DNA of 63,760 nt, counting the filler, from Reclinomonas americana ATCC 50394 (taxonomy: Eukaryota), in NCBI GenBank assembly GCA_048213135.1. It is 6 parts of 3 records of this genome, joined end to end, with 100 filler letters (N's around TTAATTAATTAA, not from the genome) between each part and the next. Parts side by side here need not be neighbours in the genome. Positions count along the whole stretch, not along the records: positions 29,909 to 35,131 come from PS015044.1; positions 35,232 to 48,877 come from PS015044.1; 4 more parts are not named here. One strand, 5' to 3'. The first letter of the stretch is position 1, and the number at the start of each line of letters is the position of its first letter. Below the pieces are notes generated by a model. The model did no database searches, was not told the origin of the DNA, and saw only the letters and a program-made list of their open reading frames with translations. Below, in pieces: positions 31,601 to 45,408 of this stretch. Position numbers and translations under genes: made by a program.

Positions 31601-34600
31601 TATTTGGTGTTTGCAGAGAGAGTCGCTGCTCACTCTCTCGGTCGCTTGCAGTGCCCGTGACCCCGACCGACGTACTTTTATCCTCGTCGGCCTACGCACC
31701 ACCCACACCCGCTGCCAATACGGTGGTGGGCACACTCACTGGAGTCGATGGCAATGCGAACGACGCACTGTCACTGTCGATCGTCGGTGGTGCGAATAGT
31801 GCTCTCTTCGACATTGTCGGCTCGCAGTTGGTACTCCGCAACGCAGGCCAGCAGGGCAACAATCTGCAAGTCACAGTCCGAGTCAGTGACCCGTCCGGCG
31901 CGCACTTTGACAAGACGTTTACCGTCAACGAAGGTGCGTGCATGTGCTTCTCTACCTTCTTGTGTCTGTGTCGCTCATCGAGTCTGTCGCTAGCCAATGT
32001 GCCTCCGTCAGCACTGGCACTCTCCACCACCACTTACTCGCCGGTACCCGCACCCGTTGGCACCATCGTTGCCACGCTCTCAACCACGTGCGTTTGCACT
32101 TACGATTGCTCCTGGTCCATCAGTGGTTCGTGAAATCCTCACTCTGCACGCCACCACAGAGACGCGAACTGCTGTCAGAGCATGACGTACTCGATTGTTG
32201 GTGGCGCTGCTGCGTCTCGATTCAGTATCTCCGGGAACCAACTGGTGGTCGACAGCAGTGGCGGTCCGCTCACCGGCAATAGCCTGAGCATTGTTGTGCG
32301 TGTCGATGACGGTGCAGGCGGNNNNNNNNNNNNNNNNNNNNNNNNNNNNNNNNNNNNNNNNNNNNNNNNNNNNNNNNNNNNNNNNNNNNNNNNNNNNNNN
32401 NNNNNNNNNNNNNNNNNNNNNNNNNNNNNNNNNNNNNNNNNNNNNNNNNNNNNNNNNNNNNNNNNNNNNNNNNNNNNNNNNNNNNNNNNNNNNNNNNNNN
32501 NNNNNNNNNNNNNNNNNNNNNNNNNNNNNNNNNNNNNNNNNNNNNNNNNNNNNNNNNNNNNNNNNNNNNNNNNNNNNNNNNNNNNNNNNNNNNNNNNNNN
32601 NNNNNNNNNNNNNNNNNNNNNNNNNNNNNNNNNNNNNNNNNNNNNNNNNNNNNNNNNNNNNNNNNNNNNNNNNNNNNNNNNNNNNNNNNNNNNNNNNNNN
32701 NNNNNNNNNNNNNNNNNNNNNNNNNNNNNNNNNNNNNNNNNNNNNNNNNNNNNNNNNNNNNNNNNNNNNNNNNNNNNNNNNNNNNNNNNNNNNNNNNNNN
32801 NNNNNNNNNNNNNNNNNNNNNNNNNNNNNNNNNNNNNNNNNNNNNNNNNNNNNNNNNNNNNNNNNNNNNNNNNNNNNNNNNNNNNNNNNNNNNNNNNNNN
32901 NNNNNNNNNNTGTTCGAGACCAGACATTTGTGCTGGACGAGGCCAATGTGGCACCGACGGCGGTGACCTTGTCGTCAATGACATACACACCGCCGTCACC
33001 GTTGGGCACGGTCGTTGGCACGCTGGCGGCTGTGGATGCCAATTGCTGTCAATCGTTCACCTATTCCATGTGCGTTCACCGTTGAGCTGGCGCGTCCTGC
33101 GATCTCGTTCTCACCCAAAGTCTTCTTTGTCAGTGTTGGTGGACCTGATGCCAGCAAGTTCTCCGTGTCGGGAGACCAGCTGGTGGTCGCAGCTGCCACT
33201 CTCAACACGTCGCCTCTCACTGTGATTGTGCACGCCGACGACGGCGCGGGCGGCTCTGTCGACCAGACACTGACCATCACTGAAGGTTGGTGTTGCCGGC
33301 GGTGGATCTGCACATCTGCTGCGCGTGTGGTTCACTTCTTGTTTCGCAGCTAATGTGCCGCCGAGTGATCTTCTGCTGTCACCATCCACGTACGTGCCGC
33401 CAGCCGCACAGGGATCAGTTATTGGCTCTCTGTTTGTGATCGACGCCAACTGTTGTCAGTCACACACGTATTCCATGTTGCGCAACGACCAGCGGTGTTT
33501 TTTTTTTGCTGCGTACCTTCTCGTGTGCCTGCCAGCTGATCCCCTCTATTATGCAGTGTTGGAGGCGCAAACCAGGGTCTGTTTGCGATCTCCGGCACCG
33601 ACTTGCTTGCCAATCTTCCCGGTGGCTTGTCGGGCACTGGATTGCTGGTCACCATTCGTGTCTCTGATGGATTCTCCTCGTTGGACCGCACATTTACTGT
33701 CAACGAAGGTGTGTGTGTGTGTTGCGGAAATGACCGACGAGCTCGTACACCGCAAAGTGTGCCTTACTGACTGATGGGTGACTTGTCGACTGCAGTCAAC
33801 GTGGCACCAAGCGACATTATTTTGTGGGGCACGACATACATTCCACCGACCTCGAGTGCGAATGTGGTGGTGGGCTTCTTCACCACGTTGGACATCAACA
33901 CGGGCGACACATTCACCTACAGTTGCGTGCATGGATTGCAATTGTGTGGGGGTTACCGCCTCTGATTGAGACTGACATGCTCGTGATCTTGTCAATGTCA
34001 ATGCAGCAATCTCTGGCGGCCCGCACTCGGCCATGTTCAACATCAATGGCACGCAACTACGACTGAGCGCCGCAAACTCTCGTGGCGATCCACTGCAGGT
34101 CGAAGTGCAGTCGACCGATGCGGCCGGTGCCTGGGTCCGCAAGCTGTTTACCATCACTGAAGGTCCCGCATCTCTGTCGACCGTGCATGTTGTATGTCAT
34201 CTCACTCGTCCGTACGCACAGTGAACGTGCCGCCATCGGCATTGGTGCTGAGCTCCAACACATATGTGCCGCCAACTCTCACCGCCGGAGTGGTGGTGGG
34301 CTCGCTCACTACCGTCGACGCCAACACGCTGGGCTCATACACGTACACGGTTATCGCCGGCTTCAACGAGTCGCTGTTTGTGCTCAGCGGATCCACGCTG
34401 TCGCTGGCACTGGCCGGACAGACTGGCAACAACCTGCGCATCCGCATCGAAGTATCCGATGGTCGTGGAGGGACTCTGCAGACAACATTTACGTGCGTGT
34501 GCTGTCGCGGAGATTGCTGGTTTTCATTTTGATTCCTGCATCTAACTTTTGTTTCTCAACGTGCGTCTCCGTCTCTCTCTCTCTCTCCACGTACAGCATC

Positions 34601-37600
34601 AACGAAGGTACCGTTAATTGCACGTGATTCTACGCGTCTACTGTCCACTGATTGTATTTGTTCTGCAGCCAACGTGCCACCAGCAAACCTGGCGCTGTCG
34701 ACAACGTTCTATGCTCCACGTAGTTTGCAGAATGCTTTGATTGGAGTGTTGTCGGCCACCGACGCTAACTGCTGTCAGAGTCTGTCGTACATTCTCATCG
34801 GCAACGACGACGACTCCAAATTCTACGTTGCGCTCTGTCTGTCATTCGCTGTGTTGGTGGCGCACGACTCTGATTGTGTGCTATGCGCAGATTGGTGGTG
34901 TTGCTGGTAACGAGCTGCATGTACAGACGCTGGTGCTGAGCGGCATGGTATGTATTCACGCGGCTGCAAGAGAGTGTGTGTCCCTTGCTCACGTGGATTG
35001 TTGCAGAACCTCATCATCACTGTTCGCGTGAGTGACGGCAACGGCGGCTCACAAGACACCACTTTCTTCCTCAACGAAGGTGCGATGTGCTGCTGCCCGC
35101 CATCCTTGCGCACCTGTTGCTCACGTTGTTGNNNNNNNNNNNNNNNNNNNNNNNNNNNNNNNNNNNNNNNNNNNNTTAATTAATTAANNNNNNNNNNNNN
35201 NNNNNNNNNNNNNNNNNNNNNNNNNNNNNNNGAACAGATGATGGCCGTGGTGGAACAGTGGATACGACGCTGTCTCTCGGTGATGGTGCGTGGCAGTTGA
35301 TCGTGTCCCTTGTACGGAGAGTGACGCGATACTGACACAGACAGAACCTTCGTTACCCGTTCGCAGCCAATGTTGCTCCTTCCGGCATCTCTCTCTCGTC
35401 GAACACATACACGCCGGCCACGTTGGCTGCGAACCAGCCAGTGGGTACCTTGAGCGCCACCGACCTCAATGCCTGGGACACGGCGACGTTCTCCATTGTT
35501 GGCGGTGCTAACCAGGCGCTGTTCACCATCATTGGAAATCAGCTGTGCTTGCGCAATGCTGGTCAGACGGGAACCAATCTGTCCGTGATTGTGCGAGCCA
35601 CCGACGCGGCCGGTGCCTCACTCGATGTGCCGTTCACTGTCAACGATGGTATGTCGATGATTGACTGGAATGTGACACAGCCTTGGGAGACTCACACTGC
35701 TCTCCCTCGCAGTACCGGTGGCACCCACGTCGGTGTCGCTCTCCTCCAGTACCTACGTGCCACCCACCGCCTCAGCCAATGGGGTGGTCGGCGTTTTGTC
35801 GACTTCTGACTCCAACGCGACCGATTCGTTCACTTACTCGGTTGTTGGCGGCGCCAATGCTGCCCTCTTTGATGTTGTCAATGGCAATCTGGTGTTTAAG
35901 AACGCCGGGCAACGCGGTGACGGACTGCAGGTGGTGGTACGATCGACAGACTCCACCGGCAACTTTGTGGATCAGCCATTTGTGTTGAATGAGGGTGAGT
36001 CATTCTCGTTTATGCGCTTCTTCGATCGTTTCCAGTGCTGACATGTCGTGATGGTTGATTCACGCAGCCAATGTGCCGCCTTCCAACCTCCTGCTGGACA
36101 GCACATCATATGTGCCACTGGATCCGACGCCGGGGCAAGTTGTTGGCATCCTTCAAGGCGTTGATGCGAACACCGCCTCAACATTCACATATTCGATTGT
36201 TGGCGGTGCCGATGCCAGTCTGTTCTACATCTCCGGCAACCAGCTGCGTCTTGTCAACACCAACCAGTCCGGCAACAACCTGCAGGTGCTGGTTCAAGTC
36301 AGCGACGGTCGCGGCGGCACCCTACAGCAATCCTTTTTGATCTCGGAGGAGAATGTCGTGCCCACCGACATCCATTTGAGTGGCACGACATATGTGCCTC
36401 CCACCAGCGGACCATTCACGGTGGTCGGCACGCTGACTACTGAGGACAGCAACGTCGGGCAGTCGCACACCTACACGCTGCAGCCGGTGGGCGACTTCGC
36501 GGTGTTCGACATTGCAACCGACGTGTTGCGCATTCGTGCCGCGGGTCAAGTGGGCCACTCGTTCAGCATTCAGATCCTGACTGACGACGGCGCTGGTGGC
36601 ACGTTCTTGAAGTTGTTTACCATCACCGACGGTGAGTAGTACGCTTCGGATGAGCATCTTAACTCCAAGTGTTCCAATTTACTCACTCACACGCTGTTTC
36701 TCCTGCAGTGAATGTCCCTCCGACGGACATTGGTCTGTCCCCTGCATCGTACCTGCCGCCGACATTGGCAGCCAATACGGTTGTGGGCTCTCTCACAGCC
36801 ACTGATGCCAATGGTTTTTAATTGCTTCTTTAGGTGCACACAATAGTTTCTATTGCTTATTGTTCATCTTTTCCGTCTCTCTTCTGTTGCAGTTGCCGAT
36901 GTGCACGCCTTTAGTATCGTCGGTGGCTCAAATGCAGCTGCATTCGACATTGTGAGTGGCAACCGTCTGGTGTTGCGCAACGTTGGTCAGCGAGGCACTC
37001 TCGCCGTGGCCGTTCGAGCCGCNNNNNNNNNNNNNNNNNNNNNNNNNNNNNNNNNNNNNNNNNNNNNNNNNNNNNNNNNNNNNNNNNNNNNNNNNNNNNN
37101 NNNNNNNNNNNNNNNNNNNNNNNNNNNNNNNNNNNNNNNNNNNNNNNNNNNNNNNNNNNNNNNNNTCCTCTGTCTGTTGGCAATGCGCACCTCCTTATTC
37201 TAAGTTTTTGTCTTTCCCTCACAGACCCGGTTTCACCGTCGGGTATCACCGTGTCGACGACGACGTATTCCGCACCCACGCCGTCTGCGAATACGCCGGT
37301 CGCCACGTTGACAGCCATTGACGGTAACATCAGCGACACGTTCACGTTCTCTATTGTGGGTGGCACTTCGGCCGCCTTGTTCAATGTGCAAGGGAACCAG
37401 TTAGTTCTCCGCTCTGCGGGTCAGACGGGCAATGGACTGCAGGTGGTTGTGCAGGTGAGATTGCAGGATTGTCGGTGTCCAAGTGCGCTGCCTTTGTGCT
37501 TGCTGACTGTTGTGTGCAGGTGACGGACAACACTGGCCGCAGCGCGGTGCAGACACTGACGTTCAACGAAGGTCGGTGGTCACCGCCTGCTGCTGTTTGT

Positions 37601-40600
37601 TGATGGTTGTTTCTCATCAAGCTCGCGCCATGGCCAGTCAATGTGCCACCGACGGCACTTGCACTCTCACCACAACTATACACGCCGCCTGGCGTGGTCG
37701 GTACAACTGTTGGCCAGCTGACCACCACCGACAGCAATACCGGAGAGACATTTACGTACTCGATTGTCGGCGGTGCCAATCAGCTGGCCTTCAGCATCAG
37801 CAACGATCGCCTGTTGGTGGCCGCCACGGGACTCTCCGGTAATGGCCTTTTGGTGCAAGTGCGTTCAACCGACTCGGGTGGCCTTTCCATCACGTCCACC
37901 TTCACAATCAACGAAGGTCTGTACCACCCAGCCTGTCTCCTGAATCGATGATTGGCACACTCACGCTTCCTCCTCCGCCAGCCAACGTGCCACCGACGTC
38001 CATCTCGCTCAGCAACAACACCTACACTCCACCGACCACCAGCGCCCTGCAGCCCATTGGCATTCTCAGTGCTGTGGATGTGAACACTGGCCAAACTGTG
38101 TCATTTACCGTGCGACCTGGCGGCTCTGGCGCCCTCTTCACCGTGCTGGCCACGATGCCGCCCCAGTTGGCCTTTGTGGCGGCTGGTCAGCGCGGCACTG
38201 CCTTGACTCTCACGGTAATTTGACGAAGAAGAGCCAGAGAATGTGGTTGCTGCATTGCGTCTTGGTGACTGGCATTTTTTGTGGCGTTGCACGCAGATTC
38301 GAGCGACGGACTCGGTTGGCGGCTTCTCCGACCGCAATTTTGTCATCAACGACTGTTGCGTCATTGCTCGCCAACAGTCGCCATCTTGCCTCCCACTCCC
38401 TCACTACAGCTATGTTTTGTGCAGTGCCCGTGCCACCCACCGCCATTGCGCTGTCTTCATTGACGTACACACCACCGACAGCCGTCGCCAACACTGTGGT
38501 CGGCGTCCTCAGCGCGGTCGACGACAACACGGCTGACACATTTACGTGGTCGATTGTGCCGGGTGGTCAGTCGAATCTCTTCGACGTGTCGCCGGCAGGT
38601 GCTCTCATGCTGCGAAACGCCGGCCAAGGTGGCAATGGATTGCAGGTCACAGTGAAGGTTGGTGGACTTGTCGCTGTAGTGCAGGAGATTGGTGTTTCCT
38701 TGCTGACTGTCAAATTGCAGGTGACCGACAGCGCCGGCAACACGCTGACTCGCACATTTACTATCAGCGAAGGTTTGACCTCATCTGCTTGCTTGATGTG
38801 CGACGCGCGATGATGTGCTAATTTGTATTCGTGTCGGCAGCCAATGTGCCACCGCAATCCACCACGTTGACGCCCAACACGTTTGTTCCTCCGACACTGA
38901 CGGTGAATACAGTGGTGGGCACGTTATCGACCGTGGACGCCAATTGCTGTCAGTCGTGGACGTACACGATTCAGCCGGGCTTGCAAGGCGCTGTGTTCAA
39001 CAGTTTCGTACGCGAGTTTGTTTGTTTCCCAATCTCTGCGCAGTAACACTCACCCATGTGGCCTTGTGTCGCAGTCTTCGGCAATCAGCTCCGCATCTCG
39101 TCAGCTGGTGTTAAAGGCTACGGTATGCAGCTGGTGGTGCGCACCACTGACAGCGCTGGTGGCATTCTGGACTCAACGCTGACGGTTACCGAACGTGCGT
39201 CGCTCGATCATGACGTGCGTGTCGTGTTGGTGTGGCAACAACTCACATCGTGTATATTCTATTCTCCATAGAAAATGTGCCACCCACCATTCTCTCTCTG
39301 TCGTCCTCCATGTACACGCCGGCTACTGTGACGACGAACACCGTCATCGGTACACTCTCTGTGTTTGATGCCAACTCTTCGCCTCCGGAGGCGCACGTGT
39401 TTTCCATTGTGGGCGGATCGTCTTCAACGCTGTTCAACGTTCTCGGTGCCAATCTGGTGCTGGTGAACGCCGGCCAGGTTGGCACCAACTTGCATGTCAT
39501 TGTGGTGCGTTGGTTGCTTTTGAAGGGCATTATGTGGTCGTGCATGATGGCAATGGACTGACTGCATGGAAACAGCGCGTCACGGATACACTCGGTCCAG
39601 CATCACTTGACAAGGAGTTTGTCGTCACTGATGGTGCGTAGCGCGGTCTTCAACCTCTGTTACATCTCCTTTATTCCTCACCGCGTCATCACTAGTCCCG
39701 GTGCCGCCACGGGCCATTCTGATGTCGTCGTACTCCTACACACCTGCGTCTACCACTCCCAACACACCCGTCGGCAATCTCACGGTGCTTGACGACAACG
39801 TGACCGATATTGCGACGTTCTCGCTGGTCGGTGGCGCCGATATGAATCTCTTCGCAATCGTCGGTTCCACGTTGGTAGTGCGCAACGCTGGTCAGGTGGG
39901 AAACAACTTGAGCGTGATTGTTCGCGCCACCGACAGCGCCGGCCTGTTCCGAGACGAAGTTTTCACCATCAGCGAAAGTTGCGTCTTTTCGTTTGTTCTT
40001 GCTTTGCAATCTTGTTGCTCTCCCCTCTCTCTCGTCACCTCCACCCCTTCCTATTCTCTCTGATTCCTTGATGACTCTGACTCTCTGTCCTTATTTTTCG
40101 TCTTCCCTTACGCCCAATGCGTGCAGGTAACTCGCCTCCCACAAATATTGGACTCAGCAAGCAGTATTATGTGGCGCCTACCTTGACCAACAATTTCGTG
40201 CTCGGTACACTCTCAGCAGTCGATGCCAACTCGCAAGATTCTTTCGTGTACTCCATCGTGCCTGGCCAGGGCGATGCACTGTTCAACATCAACAACGCGG
40301 CCGTGCCAGCTGAGCTACGCATCACGGCAGCAGGACAGACAGCCTCCAATCTTGTGGTTACCATTCGGGTCACCGACAGTGGTGGCGCCACGTTCCAGAA
40401 GTCGTTTGTGATTGCCGCCAGTTTCGTTCTCATTCTCTTCTTCTCGTGCGAGTCGCGTATGCTGGCAGCGTTACCGACTGCCTTTGATTGCCTGCCACCT
40501 CCTCGCAGTCGCTGCCACTGGGTTCTTACCAGCCACGGCGGCCACTGACACATTGTCGAGTGGCTTCACTGTTGTCGGCACAAACCTGGCAAGCACTCAG

Positions 40601-43600
40601 TTCTTCCAGCTGCAGTCTGCCAGCACGGCTCCCTGCAATGGCTCCGGCATTCCGCTCACCTCGACCACCGTGGTCTCGCAGGCAGCATCATTGCCGCTGG
40701 GTGTCACTCCAGGTCCCATTCCGACCGGCAGCTGTTTCGTGCACCTTCTACCGAGTGCGGTGTAGCGTGCGTGTGTGTCTCACATCGAGTGCAGACATCG
40801 TGTGCTTCTCGGTGGACGGCATCTCGCCGTACGTGCAAGTGGGCACGACCAGCTTGTCAATCGGTGAGTAGCATGTAAGGCTTGCGTTATTCTTTGCAGT
40901 CCATTTACCCAAATCGTCGCCCTCGCGCATAGTGCGTGTTGTCACCTTGAGTCCTGGTGTCGCGGTTGCCGACGGATCAGCGAAGCGCATCACCGTTCAA
41001 GGCAATGGCTTGAACAAGGCACGTGATGTGTTCAGGTTGGTGCTGCGGTCGACGACTTGTGCCAGTGGTGCTGCTGTCGGCGCAATCACTGGTGAGGAAG
41101 TGACCACATTTTGTACGTTTTCTACTGATGCGTTTCTCATTCGCGCTGTGCAGTGGATCCTGTTGGACCAACCGACACGTCCCTTGAGTTGCTGGTCACG
41201 GTGCCTGTGCCAGCCGACCTGGTGAACGGCACATTCCTGCGCATGTGTATCCAGGTCAATGTCGGCACGCCATTTGTTGAGTTCACGCCAGTGGCGAGCA
41301 ACGGCGATGTCACCGCAGGTACGACAACAAGTCGATCCCCTCCCGAGCGTGTTTGCGTGCTGAAATTACTTACGATCATTCTCGCAGTGGTGATCTCGTC
41401 GATTGTCCCCAATGTTCTGTCCATCGGCACATCGCCACTCTCTGTGCAGCTGGTTGGCGCACACCTCGATGCCGCCGATCAGTACGTGGTGGCTCTTCCG
41501 TCGACTACGTGCACCGTGCCTGCTGGTAGCAGTCCGGCTGGCGCAATCACTACCACGGTTGTCACTGCGCCACCCTCCTCAGCCACGCTCACGCTGGCAC
41601 TCCCGCTGACGGCTGGGTTGTATAAGTTGCGTTGGAGGGGAGGTGTACAAGGACAGGTCAATGTGCATAGTCCACTCATGCACTGTCATGTTGCGCGCAG
41701 GGTGTGCGTTAAACCGGGTGGAAGTGCCAGTGCGCAGTTTGGCGATGCTGCACCCGACCAGCAGCTGATCCTCGGTCTGCATTGTTGACATGTCATGCCG
41801 CCTTTTCCTTTATTTATTGTATTGACTGATTTTCCCGCCGACTTTTCCTTTTCTCAGTGTCGACGGGTGCCGTATCGCCGACACTGATGATTACTGACAG
41901 CCTGGCAAAGACACTTGTCGTCCCGGGTCTGTTCCTGAACGCCTCGCGCGATACGTTTGCCTTAGTGGCAGCCGATGCGTCATGCTCGAGCGCAGCGACG
42001 GCCTCTTATGGCTTTGTCACGGTTGACACTGCAGCCAGCTCGTCTACGCAAGTCGTACTGCGGGTGGCCGTTTCCTCGTCGGTGACTCAGTCGATCGGCG
42101 CGCCATCAAGCATGCAGGTTGAGATGCGCACGGTCCTTCCTTCTGCAGTGACGCCGTCAGCGACCGCGCCATCTGCGTTGCAACTGTGTATACGCAACTC
42201 TGCTGCCGCGGACCCTTCGTTTGCGTGGACACCAGTCGGCGCGGCTGCTGGTGCAGGACTGAATGTCATTGCTTTGGGTATGTCACGTATTTGTCTCGTA
42301 CGTCGAAGGCTGGTCCATGTCATGATGTCTGACTATTGCACTGTTCGCAGCTCGGCCGACGGCGCTGACTCCCGTGGCGATTCCTCGCCTGCTAACCGTT
42401 CCTGCCACGTTCTCGCTCTCGTCCGTCAGCGTCACCATCAGTGGCATCAACTTGACGGTGGGTACGGATGTGGCGGTGGTTCCGTGGAACGTGGACTGCA
42501 GTCCGGCTGCCCCGCTGGTACCATCCATGCTCAACGCCGTGGCCACAACACTGGATGCCAGCGGTGTGCCCTCGACATTGGTGGTGACAGTCACGATTCC
42601 CGTAACTGCCACAGCGCAGTCGTACCACGTATGTATGCGACCGGCCAGCGCCGATCCCGCAGTGCAGTGGGGCGCAGTGGCGGACAACACTGCGTTGCAG
42701 CTTGGTGAGACGTTTCATGCGGTAGTTGAGTGATGCGGAGTGTCGCGAACTCACCACTGCTTCGGCTCACAGTGTCGGTGGATGACTTGGCATCGCACCG
42801 CGTCATCCGAGACAGCACGTCGTACACACTGACTGTCATTGGTGTCAACTTGAATGCCGACCGAGAGCGCTTCCAAATCGTGGCCGCCACCGACTCGTGT
42901 GTTGCTGGTGTGGCAGTAGGCACTGTTGGTGTGCCCAGTGGGGGTGCCAGTCGACTGCTGGTTGCGTTCTTCGTGGATTGAAATTCGATGTTGCACGTTT
43001 TGATTCACCTCGCATTTCGCAGGTGCCGTACACCCTCGGCAGCGCGCCTGCATCGGTAGCCCGTCGGCTGCAGCTGTGTGTGCGGCACGCGTCGACGTGG
43101 TATCCGTTCTCCACGATCAGCGGCAACCTGCTGTTCATGTCTACCATTCAGCTGCAGATGCTTGGCACAACGCGTCTGGCCTCGTCGGCAATGCCAGGTT
43201 CCTCACTTCTGTAGATTGACTTTTATGGCGATGTCGCACTCAACATGTGTGCTTTCATCAATACAGTGGCATACTACGGTCAAGAACCGCTCTCGCTGGT
43301 GTGGTCATGCGAGAATCCGACTGTGGCCACGGCCAATGTCGACCTGCTGTTCCAGCAGCGACCTTCTTCCAATAGCACGAGCACTACGGTGGCTGTCAGT
43401 GTGCACAGTGCCACCGTTTGTGACGGCACGTTTGGTAATGGCGTGGGGTGGAACGTCCCGTCATCACCGCCTGCCGGTCTTGTATCCACGGCCATTATTC
43501 CGTCGCTTGCGGCCTCCGAGACGGTGGAGTTTACCATCGTGCTCGACGATGGTGTTCTTGGTACCTTCTCGGTGGTGCTTGTCGGTACGGCAAGAAATCG

Positions 43601-45333
43601 AGCGTGTGCTTTTCTTGAAGAGCATTAGGCTGACTTGATCGGTGTGTATGTGCCTCACAGAACGCGCCATTACCGTGGTGGAACCGATCCCGCACCTGGT
43701 GCTCACTCGCCTCGATGTGTACCATCCGGTGTGGTTGTGCAATTGGCCTGAGGTCACCACGGTCAATCTGCGACTTGTGCGCGTTGGTGGCGCCTTCCAT
43801 CAGTTCACTGTGGCTGGTCAGTAGGTGTTGTTCGTTTGCTTCCGGAAGCGTTGTTTATGTTGGCTCATCATACCCGGCGCAGATAATGTCCTGTCTGTTT
43901 GCGACGGAGCATTCCGCAACGTTCTGTCAAGCAATTTCACAGTCTCCGTCGACGCCGTGTCTGGTCAAGACACGTATGCTCTGATCGTGGACGACGCGCC
44001 GAGTAAGCGAGTGACAGGCTGGGCCGTTTATGGAGTGGCAGGTGTGCAATGGTGCCTCCACCTCATCTGCACCGTTCTTCACTCTGACTTTTGCGTTTGC
44101 GCGCGTAGCTCCCCTCATTGCGGTGACGACGCCAGTGGAGGGAACAATCCTCTCCACCAACTCGACAGTGCCTGTCACATTTACGTGTAACCGTGCGGCG
44201 ATGCGCGTCGGCACTGTGATTCTGCTTGGTGCGTCCCACCAGTAGCGATTGTCGTTGGAAGTCGCGCGCATGTGCTCACTTGCATGACTGCCAATGCAGA
44301 ACAACAATATGCGGTCGATACATTCGGCACGATCTTCGATCCGACTGATCGTGTATTGCCGGTTGCCGGAGGCAGTCGCAGTCTGAACTTGGCGGATCCG
44401 CGCATTCTCCTTCGCTTCGAAGTTCCCGCCCGCTGCGGTGCCGGTGAAACGGTCAATGTGCTCAACTGGATTCCAGATTCGACGACGTACGTCGTTGGAG
44501 TGATCAACTCACGCGTGTGCTATCGTGGGCTCACTTGTGTTATGGTGCGCAGCAACTCAACTTCGGGATCCGCTGCCACGGCTTCTTCCAGTTCGCTCTC
44601 ACGCTCCGAAACCGACGTCGTCACTCCACCACCGACAGGGTGGGATGGTCCGCGTTTGTTGCGCGCGTGGGTGCTCGATGTGGCCAACACACAAGCGCCG
44701 CTTGTCGGTGGCAGTGGCCGCTTCCGCTTGGTGCGCACGGTGATGACCAGCAACGGCGTGCAGGTCGGCGTCGGTGCCGACGCGGACGTACAAATCACTG
44801 CCGACGGACAGGTGGTTGTCTCTCCGGCGACGACACCTGCTTCTGGCAGCAGTGACAGTGGAGGAGGAGATGTATCGGGCGGCGGCGGAGCAGCCATGTG
44901 TGGTAGCTTGCGCTGCTGGCTGTGGGCCGTGATTGCCGCGTCGGCGGTGCTTCTAATTGGTCTCCACGTCATTTGGTTTGTTTGTTGCTGGCGCCAGCGC
45001 CGCCATGCCGACGAGAAGGAGCTGCAGGCCCAATGTGCGTTGGTCTTGTGTTTTTTACCGCTTCTCTTTCGCGTGGTATAAGTTGACATGACCTTCGCTA
45101 CAGTGGTTGCTTACCATGATAATGCTGTGGACACTGACGACGACGACAATTGCCGCGCCGATGTGGACGACTTGGATGATGGGAAAACAATGGCCTGGGT
45201 GGATGCGAGGCGCCGTAATCCACCGAGAGTGATGGATGGTGTGTTTTGTGTGTTTGTGTGTGTGTGTANNNNNNNNNNNNNNNNNNNNTTGCTTGATATC
45301 TGTGGGTATCGGTGTCACGGATCAGCGACGCCG

Positions 45334-45408
<75 letters not shown>

